Source: a virus (taxonomy: Duplodnaviria; Caudoviricetes). From it: a stretch of DNA of 64,000 nt. The stretch is from positions 96,001 through 160,000 of IMG/VR virus record IMGVR_UViG_3300018430_000021, one strand, 5' to 3'. Positions 1 to 9,213 of the stretch are shown piece by piece. Every line of letters begins with the position of its first letter. The first letter of the stretch is position 1. The notes beneath the pieces were generated by a model. The model was not told the DNA's origin. It did not search any database and saw nothing but the letters and a program-made list of their open reading frames with translations. Made by a program: the position numbers and the translations under genes.

Positions 1-427
1 CAGGAATTGGTTTTTCGTAAATGCACATATCCAAATCATAGAGATAATCGATAGGTTCTTTCTGCATCAAATCACTAAGAACATTAGGGTCGATAAGCGT
101 CTGAGAAGAACCGATGAAGCTACAGTTATGATTTATCAAACCGTTAGGAGTTGAATATTCTTTTCCGTCAACTTCAACCGGTGTAATAACTGTCTGAGCT
201 TCATTAAGTAAAGTTATATTCTTTACTGTACTTTTTCCAAATTCAGTATTTTCAACTTCTTGACCAACATATAAAGAATTTGCTTCTACAAATCCTTTTT
301 CTGTTTTTAACTTATGGTCGATTGAGCATTTTAATGTTGTATTATCAAATTCGATAAGTACAGTTTTTGCGAGCTTCTTCATGAAGCCCTTAAAAGTTTT
401 AAATTCATTACCGCATAATATTTTCAT
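1..427 (-). CDS. terL: C-terminal split-intein fragment (101 aa) fused to the C-terminal (nuclease) part of terminase large subunit; runs off the window edge
   Basis: Manual translation from ATG 427: MKILCGNEFKTFKGFMKKLAKTVLIEFDNTTLKCSIDHKLKTEKGFVEANSLYVGQEVENTEFGKSTVKNITLLNEAQTVITPVEVDGKEYSTPNGLINHN|CSFIGSSQTLIDPNVL...IYEKPIP. It has a block-B-like CSIDH, a terminal HN and a +1 Cys. The extein FIGSSQTLI resembles the T4-like TerL linker. Own late promoter at 453-460 and an AAGGT RBS. Confidence 0.9.
   Translation of the reverse strand, partial: MKILCGNEFKTFKGFMKKLAKTVLIEFDNTTLKCSIDHKLKTEKGFVEANSLYVGQEVENTEFGKSTVKNITLLNEAQTVITPVEVDGKEYSTPNGLINHNCSFIGSSQTLIDPNVLSDLMQKEPIDYLYDLDMCIYEKPIP
125..427 (-). 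mobile_element. IntC fragment of an atypically split TerL intein
   Basis: Ends ...GLINHN immediately before Cys (124-122); 101 aa; no endonuclease domain. Confidence 0.88.
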
Positions 428-452
428 AGTTTACCTTTTACAGTTGCTTCTA

Positions 453-460
453 TATTTATA
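453..460 (-). promoter_or_regulatory. T4-type late promoter (TATAAATA) for the terL-C gene
   Basis: tatttata on + strand, 25 nt upstream of ATG 427. Confidence 0.8.
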
Positions 461-486
461 AACCCGGTCTTTTGAACCGGGTTTTT
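460..486. terminator. Intrinsic terminator hairpin after regA
   Basis: aaacccggt-cttttga-accgggttt. Confidence 0.7.
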
Positions 487-488
487 GA

Positions 489-902
489 TTAATCGAATGA
501 ATTTATTAAGTTGCTTGTATGGAATTTTTTAACTTTCATAAATTTATCAGCATCAGCATGTTTTACTATTTCTACTTTCATATTGTGCGGCTCGATTTCT
601 TCTGGATTTACGATTTTTATCATGTTCCATTGTGCGAGCAAGAACGCTATTCGGTTTCTACGCTCGATGTCTTCCAATGAAACATTACCAAATCCATGAT
701 AGCCGCTTTTATCTGTACTGATAGTAAATAACTGCTTAAAGTGTGCCAGATAATATGTTCCAAACTGTTCAAACAAGTGGCATGACTGATAGATTATTTT
801 CTTTTTGTAGTCGACTATTCCAATACGTGAAAGTGTCTCTTCAATAACCCACTTATCCACCAGCAACTTGACTTCCAATAATTTGTTTGTTGGTCTTGTC
901 AT
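489..902 (-). CDS. regA: RegA translational repressor
   Basis: ETLSRIGI...KIIYQSCHL...YYLAHFKQL...RRNRIAFLLAQWNMIKIV matches T4 RegA motifs. Confidence 0.92.
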   Translation of the reverse strand: MTRPTNKLLEVKLLVDKWVIEETLSRIGIVDYKKKIIYQSCHLFEQFGTYYLAHFKQLFTISTDKSGYHGFGNVSLEDIERRNRIAFLLAQWNMIKIVNPEEIEPHNMKVEIVKHADADKFMKVKKFHTSNLINSFD

Positions 903-1327
903 TAGTATTCCTCTGGTTTCCAGTCAAAGTCCTTGAGTTCCTTATCAAAAAATTTACCAGCCAAATAATCGGTGTCAAGTTCATCGCTCACTTCACTTAA
1001 GAAAGAATCCATAAGGATATTCTTTACTTTCGTATATCTTACAAGGTCTCTTTCCGTAAGCTTAGCAAAGCCGTAATCACTATAACCGTGTTCTCTATAA
1101 ACATCTGCGATTTTCTGCTTCAGTTCTGAGATATTGATAAATTTCTTGTTGTAAATCAAATACTTGACATTGTTAATTTCACGTGCTGTCCATGTTTCAG
1201 GATTGCACTTCGCAACAGTATCTTCAATAGTATCTTCGGCCTGAACAGGCTTAATAACAGTACGTTTAACCAATTCATCCGTGCTCTTATTTACCTGTCC
1301 ATTAACATATTCCGAAAAACTGCTCAT
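902..1327 (-). CDS. hypothetical protein (N-terminus MSSFSEYV resembles a T4 capsid-targeting sequence)
   Basis: 141-aa ORF abutting regA. Confidence 0.7.
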   Translation of the reverse strand: MSSFSEYVNGQVNKSTDELVKRTVIKPVQAEDTIEDTVAKCNPETWTAREINNVKYLIYNKKFINISELKQKIADVYREHGYSDYGFAKLTERDLVRYTKVKNILMDSFLSEVSDELDTDYLAGKFFDKELKDFDWKPEEY

Positions 1328-1334
1328 ATCTTAT

Positions 1335-2129
1335 TTATACCGATTTTGGCAAGAAGAACTGCGGAACGAATGCAATCGGGAGCGTAACTTCTTCTTCGCA
1401 AATAGGACACTTGAAAATAGCATACGGATAAGCATTGAAGATATATGGATCCAAATCATTAGTAAGCTTACTGAAATCAACAGCGTCAAGATTCAAGATA
1501 TAGCGATATGCCTGAATCAAAGTCAACGACTTACCATTGAGTTCCTTGAAATATGCTGCCATATCAAGAACATCCGGAAGCAAGTCTTCAACAATTTGCT
1601 CGTTGGTCTTGAGTTTGTTAATTTCTGTTTCTGTAGAAATAGTCGGGAATTCAATCTTTACCTTATCCTTGCCTACTTCGAAATATTCTGGAAGTTCCTT
1701 GTCAAGATACTGTACTTTCAAGTTCTTAAGCTGATAGTCAAATGTAGCGATGGTTTCGCAACTGTTACATTTTCCACGAAGCTTAAACGGAGCGTCGTTA
1801 TAAGTAAATGCACGAAGATAGAAAATAAGCCAAAGCTTATCGCCTACAAGAATCTTATTTGGGTCAATATTGAACAAACAAGACTTAAGAACATTATTGA
1901 TAACTGACATAATATTCTTTTCGTCAATACTTGCAAGATTTCTTACATTAAGAGTCGAAAGTTTCTTAATATAAATATCTTCCGTATAATAACGGCCGCG
2001 AGAAGGCATTAAAGTCTTGTCCAGCAATACTGCATTACTCGGAATTGCGTTCTGTAACTGTGCCAAAACTTCACCGAGATTTCCATTGTTTATGTTTGAT
2101 AAATCTATTGGTTCTGATTTAGAAGCCAT
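1335..2129 (-). CDS. baseplate hub assembly protein, gp26-like
   Basis: MPSRGRYY, FYLRAFTY, two CxxC pairs (CNSC, CPIC) and a C-terminal FF; late promoter at 2158-2165. Confidence 0.65.
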   Translation of the reverse strand: MASKSEPIDLSNINNGNLGEVLAQLQNAIPSNAVLLDKTLMPSRGRYYTEDIYIKKLSTLNVRNLASIDEKNIMSVINNVLKSCLFNIDPNKILVGDKLWLIFYLRAFTYNDAPFKLRGKCNSCETIATFDYQLKNLKVQYLDKELPEYFEVGKDKVKIEFPTISTETEINKLKTNEQIVEDLLPDVLDMAAYFKELNGKSLTLIQAYRYILNLDAVDFSKLTNDLDPYIFNAYPYAIFKCPICEEEVTLPIAFVPQFFLPKSV

Positions 2130-2166
2130 TTTTCACCTCATAATTAAATTAACACTATATTTATAT

Positions 2167-3642
2167 TTATGCTTGCTTTCTTAAACGATAAATCTTATAT
2201 TTACCGCCCTTACTTGAACCGTTGATAATGTAATTACCGCTACGTACATATTCGCCCTGTACTTGATTTTTAGAATCTCCAGTAGATTCTGCGGTTTTAA
2301 CAACAGTCTTAGTAGAAAGACTAGAAACATCCTGGTCAATAAACAAGATATGGTCTCTGCTCTGGTCCTTACCAGAACCACCAGTAGTAGTTGCACGTAA
2401 TGCAATATCGCCACGTTTTAATTCCATACCTTCTTCAACTTCGACTTCTTCGTATAATTCAGGGTGTTCAATCATATATTTCTGAATTTCACGTGTATTA
2501 AGACGCTTCTTGTCGGTTGCATAATTCATAATGCTCTTGTCAACAGCCGCAAGAATAGGAGTAGCAAATCCGGAACAGTCAATACCTTTAGTTTTGTCTC
2601 CGTTCCAAGAACGATCCTTGAATTCCATGCTTGTCGTATCAACATAGTCCTGATGACCATATACAAGACCTTCAGATTTACTAATCGACTTCATTTCTTC
2701 AATCTTAGAAACGAGAAGACCAGTATCGCCATTAGAAGAAGATGCACCCGTTACATTCAAAGTATTTACACTAGCAAGCTGTCTATCAATTTCTAGGATT
2801 TCATCGACGCTTCCATTATTCTTTATCAATTCACTACGCTTCTTAAACAAATCTAACTGTTTTTCAATAGAAGCATATTCTTCATTATTCGAATTTAAAC
2901 CAAGAGATTGAGCTTGGCTTAAACGTTCAGAAAGATTCATCTGAATAGCATTTAATTCGGATTGTGTTAACGGACGTTGAGTAGTCAATGCGTTTGCTTT
3001 ATTCTGATGAATTGTAGCAGCATTTTTATTATATTCTTCCTGAGTTCTCGAATTAAGTATATCGTCTTTAAATGTTTCAGGATCAGGAAGTGAAGAATGT
3101 ACTTCTCCGATTTCTTCTGCAATAGAATTTAATTTATAACGAACTACAAATTCTGCTTCTACTTCAATAGGATTACCGAAGTTTAAGTTTGAAAAATTCG
3201 GAGAGCTAAGTCTCTTTAAATGACAAGCATAGATATTGGAAACAACCGTATTTCTCATAGATTGGTCTAATTCGTCAATCTTTATTTTAATAATTTTTGG
3301 AGCACAGTTATTCCATAAATTTGCTTCCATATCTGCATTTTCTATATTGTTAAATAGAAAACCGTTGAGAAAATAAGTAACACTCATCTTATCGGTTTCC
3401 ATAAAAACAATCTTCAATGTAGACTGACCGAAATCGAAAATAGGAATTACATATTGTGTATTACCGAATCTCTGTCTATTTTCCGTATTCATATTCCAAA
3501 TCGGAAGTTCTACAGATTTAACGTAATATGTCAAGGATTCGATTTCTTCTGCACCTTTATTGTAGAAGAAAGTAACTTTAAAACGATATGCGATATGCGG
3601 TTTAATCGTTTTATTAAAGCTATATACATTCAATAATCCCAT
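2167..3642 (-). CDS. tail-tube-like (gp19/gp48/gp54 fold) N-domain fused to a C-terminal NlpC/P60-like peptidase
   Basis: N-terminal YRFKVTF...VKSVELP...LKIVFMET...YACHL is tube-like. C-terminal YG...GIDCSGF...GDI...DHILF is NlpC/P60-like. Confidence 0.7.
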   Translation of the reverse strand: MGLLNVYSFNKTIKPHIAYRFKVTFFYNKGAEEIESLTYYVKSVELPIWNMNTENRQRFGNTQYVIPIFDFGQSTLKIVFMETDKMSVTYFLNGFLFNNIENADMEANLWNNCAPKIIKIKIDELDQSMRNTVVSNIYACHLKRLSSPNFSNLNFGNPIEVEAEFVVRYKLNSIAEEIGEVHSSLPDPETFKDDILNSRTQEEYNKNAATIHQNKANALTTQRPLTQSELNAIQMNLSERLSQAQSLGLNSNNEEYASIEKQLDLFKKRSELIKNNGSVDEILEIDRQLASVNTLNVTGASSSNGDTGLLVSKIEEMKSISKSEGLVYGHQDYVDTTSMEFKDRSWNGDKTKGIDCSGFATPILAAVDKSIMNYATDKKRLNTREIQKYMIEHPELYEEVEVEEGMELKRGDIALRATTTGGSGKDQSRDHILFIDQDVSSLSTKTVVKTAESTGDSKNQVQGEYVRSGNYIINGSSKGGKYKIYRLRKQA

Positions 3643-3660
3643 GCTATATTTATAAATGAA

Positions 3661-3688
3661 AAAAGGAACACCAAACGGTGTTCCCTTT
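3661..3688. terminator. intrinsic terminator hairpin
   Basis: ggaacacc-aaac-ggtgttcc with flanking A/T runs. Confidence 0.75.
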
Positions 3689-3705
3689 AAATTTTCGGAA
3701 TTAAC

Positions 3706-4191
3706 CTATTCTTTTATGAGTTCATATCCGTTTCTTTCAAGGATAGCCTTGGCTTCCATGAATTTGTTTCCATGTGAACGTTCTTTGTCTTGTTTCTTTG
3801 CACATGCTGGACATATGCATTCTTTTTTGTTGGTAAAATCACAGTCGTCATCACCCTTGATAACCTGACCGCATTTCTTACACTTTCTGAATTTTCCTTT
3901 TCCATTAAATGATTCAGCCTGTAAGTCTGCTTCATAGTCGAATTCATCATTTTTAAGAGTATCTTCAACTGTAGGTTCCTTACGTGTGAAGATGTGCATC
4001 ATGTCGATAATAAGTGCACCGAATTCATCTTCGATTTCATCATATGTACTGTAAACATTATCGGCAATGTACTGGATGCATTCGCTGGTAGTACAAGGAG
4101 CGTCAAACTTCTTACAGTGTTCGATATATTCCTTGACCTGACGGATAACCTCAGGTTCAAGATCTGCTGCAGATTCAATAATTCTTTTCAT
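3706..4191 (-). CDS. hypothetical protein with Zn-ribbon (CKKC...CPAC); candidate head-internal protein
   Basis: GAGG RBS; late promoter at 4207-4214; C-terminal EAKAILERNGYELIKE tag. Confidence 0.7.
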   Translation of the reverse strand: MKRIIESAADLEPEVIRQVKEYIEHCKKFDAPCTTSECIQYIADNVYSTYDEIEDEFGALIIDMMHIFTRKEPTVEDTLKNDEFDYEADLQAESFNGKGKFRKCKKCGQVIKGDDDCDFTNKKECICPACAKKQDKERSHGNKFMEAKAILERNGYELIKE

Positions 4192-4246
4192 TTTTAACCT
4201 CTTTCTTATTTATATAAATATTCAGTTAAGCAAATTGTGAGGTGAT

Positions 4247-4936
4247 ATGAAAATAGCCGGATTAGACTTGTCTGTGACAAGTAGTGGAATTATTATTGAA
4301 GAACTGGACGATAAATTTGATATTGTGAACCTTGAACGTCACGGGTTTACAACAGTTCAAAAAAATGCTATATTAGAAGGTATCGAGCTTTATCGATATG
4401 AAGATTACCGTAATACATACCAACGTTACACAGCTCTTCAGAATAAGATTCTTGACTGGTGTAAGGATTGCGAGTATATCGGAGTAGAAGCATACGCTAT
4501 TTCTCGAGGACAAAATGGTAAGGTTTTCGACCTTGCCGAATATGAAGGTTATATTAAACAGGAGTTATTCAGACAGGGCAAAAAATTACGATTCTATCCG
4601 CCAAACCAGAATAAGAAGATATTCACCGGTTATGGTAAAGCCGATAAAATCAGAATGAAAAACGAAGTAGTCGACAGAAACGAAAAGAAGAGTTATGGCA
4701 ATATTCTTTTGAATATTTCAGATCTTCCGCCGGTTAAAAACGGTAAGAAAGGTACACCTCCTACTTCTGATATTATTGATGCATTTTCATTGGCCGAAAG
4801 TTTAAGACTTGAATTAAAGCTTAAATTCGGTGTAGAAAAGATAGATGACCAGCCAGATTATATTAAAGAAGTATTTGTAAAGTCAACAGAAGAACATCCT
4901 CTCGGATTATTGAATACTGATTTTATCTATAAATAA
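4247..4936 (+). CDS. RuvC-like Holliday junction resolvase / RNase H-fold nuclease
   Basis: IAGLDLS, GVEAY, TGYGKADK and DIIDAF motifs; GAGG RBS; TATAAATA at 4213-4220. Confidence 0.8.
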   Translation: MKIAGLDLSVTSSGIIIEELDDKFDIVNLERHGFTTVQKNAILEGIELYRYEDYRNTYQRYTALQNKILDWCKDCEYIGVEAYAISRGQNGKVFDLAEYEGYIKQELFRQGKKLRFYPPNQNKKIFTGYGKADKIRMKNEVVDRNEKKSYGNILLNISDLPPVKNGKKGTPPTSDIIDAFSLAESLRLELKLKFGVEKIDDQPDYIKEVFVKSTEEHPLGLLNTDFIYK

Positions 4937-4950
4937 TACAGAGGTTTGTT

Positions 4951-5436
4951 ATGGCAGAATATTTAAAAGAAGCACTTGAAATTCTCAAGGAAAACGGTTA
5001 TATTGTTGAAACTTTCAATACTATCGGCGATTCCGACAATGATATAGACGGTGACCGTTATGACGGAAGACCACTTAAAGTTACTGTCGGCGGCGAATAT
5101 ACTGGAACAGACTACGAAGATTGGATTGGTACAGTACGTGATGCTGTTTGGGATTGCTGCTGCGGCTACGATATTCCAGTTGAACAGTTCGACCAGTTCA
5201 TGGAAGAACATACCGGTGACATCGAAGACGCTTGGATTGTCAAGAAATGGCCTAAGGAATTCGGTAGATCCCTATTCAGCAAGTATTTCGACGAATTTGA
5301 TATTGCTGGTGAAGAACAAGAAAATTTTCAGCCGATTGAAGATGTAAAACCTGATAAGTTCCAACGTAACAAGAATAAATTTAACCGTAATTCTGGAAAG
5401 CGTTCACATCATAGCTTTGATGAATTTGATGATTAA
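4951..5436 (+). CDS. hypothetical acidic protein; candidate head-internal protein
   Basis: TATAAATA at 4928-4935; GAGG RBS; N-terminal EALEILKENGY tag. Confidence 0.7.
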   Translation: MAEYLKEALEILKENGYIVETFNTIGDSDNDIDGDRYDGRPLKVTVGGEYTGTDYEDWIGTVRDAVWDCCCGYDIPVEQFDQFMEEHTGDIEDAWIVKKWPKEFGRSLFSKYFDEFDIAGEEQENFQPIEDVKPDKFQRNKNKFNRNSGKRSHHSFDEFDD

Positions 5437-5450
5437 TAAGGAAAAATAAA

Positions 5451-5918
5451 ATGGTAAGTAAAATATTTTTGGATGTCGATGGCGTTCTTGCCGACTTCAG
5501 AGGCCAGTGCGAACGATACAACTGTATCGAAGGTACTAAAGTCGATTGGAATGTCATTCATAGTGCAGGCCCTAAGTTCTGGGAAGAAATCGATTGGACC
5601 GCAGAAGGAAAACAGGTCCTTGATTATCTGAAAAAGCTTACTACCGAGTTGGAAATCGAATTGTATATCCTTACAGCAGTTCGTGCTCAGGATGGCAAGG
5701 TTGGTCGAATGAACTGGCTCAGGAAGAATGTCGGTCTTGACAAGCATCACTTGTTGATTGTCAACGGCGGTAAGGAAAAAACTTACTATGCAGAACCTGA
5801 CGCTTTGTTAATCGACGACTACGAAAAGAACTGTGCACTATTTAATGAAGCTGGTGGTCAGGTAATTCAGTTCAAGTCATTTGACCAAATGAAAAATAAA
5901 CTTGAAGACATGATTTAA
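5451..5918 (+). CDS. HAD-superfamily 5'(3')-deoxyribonucleotidase-like protein
   Basis: IFLDVDGVLADF, ILTA, K and LIDD HAD motifs. Confidence 0.85.
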   Translation: MVSKIFLDVDGVLADFRGQCERYNCIEGTKVDWNVIHSAGPKFWEEIDWTAEGKQVLDYLKKLTTELEIELYILTAVRAQDGKVGRMNWLRKNVGLDKHHLLIVNGGKEKTYYAEPDALLIDDYEKNCALFNEAGGQVIQFKSFDQMKNKLEDMI

Positions 5919-5923
5919 AAAAT

Positions 5924-5949
5924 AAAGGAGATTTTAAAATCTCCTTTTT
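5924..5949. terminator. bidirectional terminator between convergent genes
   Basis: aaaggagattt-ta-aaatctccttt. Confidence 0.75.
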
Positions 5950-5953
5950 AATT

Positions 5954-6316
5954 TTATAATTTCTTAATTAACAATACTTCGTCTATCAGTTTTCGATACC
6001 CGTAATAATCGATTACCGTTTCAATAACGTCATCGTCGACATATTTGATAAGCGCCGGAAGAACATCCTCGGTAAGGAAAACATCCTTCGTAATAAAACG
6101 AATAAGACGGTCTTTCGTATTATCGTCGTCGTCAAGTTCGGTCGGTAAATCGTTTACAAGACAATAGTCGACATAAAAATCTTCTGCGAGCTGGTCGGAA
6201 AGTAAACCAACAATCTGTAATGCAATCTTCTTGCCATATTCAGGCTTAGCAAGTACGAACTTCTGAAGTCTTTCCTTCCACGGCATAGTTGATTCAATTA
6301 AATATTTTCTAGTCAT
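5954..6316 (-). CDS. hypothetical protein
   Basis: 120-aa ORF with GAGG RBS and an N-terminal LIE motif. Confidence 0.7.
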   Translation of the reverse strand: MTRKYLIESTMPWKERLQKFVLAKPEYGKKIALQIVGLLSDQLAEDFYVDYCLVNDLPTELDDDDNTKDRLIRFITKDVFLTEDVLPALIKYVDDDVIETVIDYYGYRKLIDEVLLIKKL

Positions 6317-6332
6317 TTTAAACCTCTACTTA

Positions 6333-6344
6333 TATTTATAAATA
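6333..6344. promoter_or_regulatory. palindromic bidirectional late promoter TATTTATAAATA
   Basis: Perfect 12-bp palindrome with TATAAATA on both strands, between divergent genes. Confidence 0.75.
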
Positions 6345-6348
6345 TGTT

Positions 6349-7215
6349 ATGGCAACAGATTACGCTTCAGAATTCACAAAATTATTTAAAAGTGGTAGTT
6401 GTTCAGTTAGAAATAAGGACTGGAACGCCCCGAAATATTTTGATAGCCAGAATAACGACTGTTATGCTGCTGAAGCCGCTCTAATGTCATCTTTAACTTC
6501 CGAGGCTTTCGGTAATTTCGGTTTCCAGGTACAATATTATATCAAGGATATTTCGACCAAGCAGGATAGACTTTACGGTGAAGATCCTATCGAGAACGTC
6601 AAGAGAAGATTCACTCTCAAGATGTATGCCGAACAGTTACCGGCATATCAGAAGACTTATACTCTACAAGGTATGACATACGAAGAAGTCATAACTTGTA
6701 TGTGTACTATCCAGCATTTTATGGAAGCTTCGAGATACGAATACGGCACAAACCAGATAAAGTACAATTCGGAAGTTCCTAAAATAGGCGATATTATTTA
6801 CCTTGAATATTCTAACCTTTTCTATGAAGTAATCAACGTCAAAACGTTCGCTGAAGGAACATCGTTCTTATCCAGCCCGATTACGTATACGTTCACATTG
6901 AGAATCTGGAGAAACAACCACCAGAATATTGACGAGAACAACGAGAACTCGGACAATATGGACACATTACGTGCATTTACGGAACTTGACGAAATTTTCG
7001 ATATTGACGAAAAGACTTCAGAAGGTCATGCAACTTCTGAAGTAGGTTCTAAGAGTGATATTCTTGAAATCAATACTGACTTACCGAAAGATAAGACAGA
7101 TGAAGATAAGCCTAAGGATAGTGTTTATAGTCATATCGCATACGAATATGAAGATCCGCAAGCAGAATATACGGATGATAAGTCCAAATATTATGACCCG
7201 TTTGCTGGTTGGTAA
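6349..7215 (+). CDS. neck / head-closure protein gp14-like (copy 1)
   Basis: VQYY...DRLYGEDP...F and PKIGDIIY...FYEV motifs of the T4 gp14 family. Confidence 0.75.
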   Translation: MATDYASEFTKLFKSGSCSVRNKDWNAPKYFDSQNNDCYAAEAALMSSLTSEAFGNFGFQVQYYIKDISTKQDRLYGEDPIENVKRRFTLKMYAEQLPAYQKTYTLQGMTYEEVITCMCTIQHFMEASRYEYGTNQIKYNSEVPKIGDIIYLEYSNLFYEVINVKTFAEGTSFLSSPITYTFTLRIWRNNHQNIDENNENSDNMDTLRAFTELDEIFDIDEKTSEGHATSEVGSKSDILEINTDLPKDKTDEDKPKDSVYSHIAYEYEDPQAEYTDDKSKYYDPFAGW

Positions 7216-7929
7216 TTAGAAATCTGTCGGTATTTTAGACAGAGCGTAAGCGCCGTTATCGAACGACTTTTTCTGCGGGACAATCTTAAGATTTCCGTTA
7301 GGTTCACGCTTGTTAATATGATATGTCCAGATGTCTGAGTGGAATGTAAGTTTACATTTCACTACCTCTTCGCTATTATAATCCAAATCGGATTCAAAGT
7401 CAAGGTTCTTAAGGACACAGTTTTCAAAATGGAATTCGCCGTTGAAATTACTGTTCTGGTTGGACTCGCCAGTTTTATCCTTCATCATTACTATGATTTT
7501 ATCGATAGTAACATAATCCTTTGTACCTACACGAGACGAATAGATTTCATGTTCCGGGTGAACTGGATAAATCGTAGACTTATTGTAACTTACACCGTCT
7601 GAAGCCATCAAGTCCTTAAGACAACGGGCATTAATCTGGGCGATATTATATAACTGGTTATTATCGCTCGGTTCTGCACGAACGGTAAATCTGAAACTAA
7701 TGTCTGTTCCATAGTTTCTTACAATCGGGAAAGTCTTTTCAGAACCGAAATACTTTTTTGTAACGGTGACAGTTTCAAACTTCGGTAATGTAGCGGTTTC
7801 AGCTATAAGGTGGTCGTCGTCAATCTTTGACGTACCGGTTGTCTTATAGAAAAATACATGGAATAACCAGCCTGGTTGCGGATCAGACATGTTAAAAAAG
7901 TTTTCGTTAATAAAAATACTGTTTGGCAT
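7216..7929 (-). CDS. tail-tube-like protein (gp19/gp54 family)
   Basis: WLFHVFF...ATLPKFE...KYFGSEKTFP...FHFENC...LDY...LTF parallels the tube protein at 49430. Confidence 0.65.
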   Translation of the reverse strand: MPNSIFINENFFNMSDPQPGWLFHVFFYKTTGTSKIDDDHLIAETATLPKFETVTVTKKYFGSEKTFPIVRNYGTDISFRFTVRAEPSDNNQLYNIAQINARCLKDLMASDGVSYNKSTIYPVHPEHEIYSSRVGTKDYVTIDKIIVMMKDKTGESNQNSNFNGEFHFENCVLKNLDFESDLDYNSEEVVKCKLTFHSDIWTYHINKREPNGNLKIVPQKKSFDNGAYALSKIPTDF

Positions 7930-7938
7930 AAGTTATTC

Positions 7939-8694
7939 CTAAAATGTTCTATCATTATACTTCGTATTGAAATCCATCCAGTTATACGTAAATATCGCAT
8001 CACGTTGAATAGTATCATCGCTTTCATAACTATATGAAATACTTGGAATAGATACTAGTTTACATTCGTAGAACTTGTATTGCTTGAAATAATCTCCCTT
8101 GTCACCGTCGTTAAGTCCCATAGAATTTGTAGACGGATCTCTATACTGGTTGAATATCTTGACTGAGATTATTCCTGGTTTCGTGTTTATATTCGAAATA
8201 TTTGAACTACCGTTTGCCTGAGGAGTAAGTGTATCTCCTTTTACTCGTGTATCTGTACCGTAAGAATATGCAGCTGCATTGTTAGGTATCGAATTCGAAG
8301 TATAGTAGAACTTGTTTAACGCTTGTATATGATAAATCTTTTCAAGAATGGTAGTTACTCTATATAAACTGTCTTCATTGAATTTAAACGTGATTGTACC
8401 TGAATTTTCTGCACGTGTTGGAATCTTGAAATTTAAACCACCATAATATAAGTCTGCCGTATTTATCTTTCTATCGGGTATACTTACTGAAACTACTGCT
8501 TTATTCAATAGTTCCATATCGTTTTCTGTTATTAATGAGTTATTATCACTCTTGAAATTCATAAAATCATTGAAGACTGCTTTAAAAGTCCAGCCTAAAG
8601 CAGGTGGTTGATTATAAAAATCATTATCCCAGATAGATCTTAGATTTCCACGAGTTGGTCTACCCATTTTTGTAGTTAAATCGTATACACCCAT
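7939..8694 (-). CDS. tail-tube-like protein (gp19/gp54 family)
   Basis: VSVSIPDR...YYGG..KIP...GTITFKFNED...YKFYEC...FTY. Confidence 0.7.
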   Translation of the reverse strand: MGVYDLTTKMGRPTRGNLRSIWDNDFYNQPPALGWTFKAVFNDFMNFKSDNNSLITENDMELLNKAVVSVSIPDRKINTADLYYGGLNFKIPTRAENSGTITFKFNEDSLYRVTTILEKIYHIQALNKFYYTSNSIPNNAAAYSYGTDTRVKGDTLTPQANGSSNISNINTKPGIISVKIFNQYRDPSTNSMGLNDGDKGDYFKQYKFYECKLVSIPSISYSYESDDTIQRDAIFTYNWMDFNTKYNDRTF

Positions 8695-8704
8695 ATCTAT
8701 ATTT

Positions 8705-9120
8705 ATAAAACATCAGTTAACGGGCGCAAGCGCCCACAGCTGGCAAGCCAGCGTTTTATTGGCGCTATGCGCCACATCAGGCGTTGCCTGGATGTTTTAT
8801 TTTTTAAATCTTTTAAATTTTTTATACAGTAAGCCTTAGCGAGGTTTCTGTACTTCTTACAGTAAGAGGATTTACGTATTGACATATCGGGCTGGTCATC
8901 CTGTACTCCGAGCTACATTCAATACAACCGATGGCGGCTATATGTATTTAGTGCTATAAATACTTCAGTGGTGGAACGTTATCGGTTACGGCCATTAGCT
9001 TCTAACTGGTCATGACTTCTGCCCGATCATAGTGTAGGATATACACCTTATAATCCTAAACGGCCAAAGACATTGCCGATACACTCATTGGATTGACGTT
9101 CGTTACTGTGACTTTGGTCT
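8705..9120. other. structured non-coding locus (candidate ncRNA or replication origin)
   Basis: Four GC hairpins (8722-8735, 8739-8752, 8760-8774, 8778-8790) closed by 8705-8714/8791-8800. Nested helices at 8886-8899/9012-9027, 8926-8932/8981-8987 and 9062-9069/9112-9119. No credible ORF. Confidence 0.55.
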
Positions 9121-9137
9121 TCTATGTAAAAATTTTT

Positions 9138-9196
9138 ATTCAAATATAAGTAAAATTTTTTATTGCGTAAATTAAAAATAACGTTTATATTTGAAT
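9138..9196. promoter_or_regulatory. inverted repeat forming overlapping divergent sigma70-like promoters
   Basis: attcaaatataa (9138-9149) / ttatatttgaat (9185-9196). Plus strand TTGCGT-17-TATATT; minus strand TTTACG-17-TATATT. Confidence 0.5.
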
Positions 9197-9213
9197 TTTT
9201 TATAAAAAAGAAT

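Noticed and set aside
8705-8800. tRNA-like cloverleaf
   Set aside because: No T-loop, D-loop, 7-nt anticodon loop or CCA end.
8703-8885. 60-aa ORF across the hairpin cluster
   Set aside because: No SD or late promoter, atypical composition, and the sequence is better explained by secondary structure.
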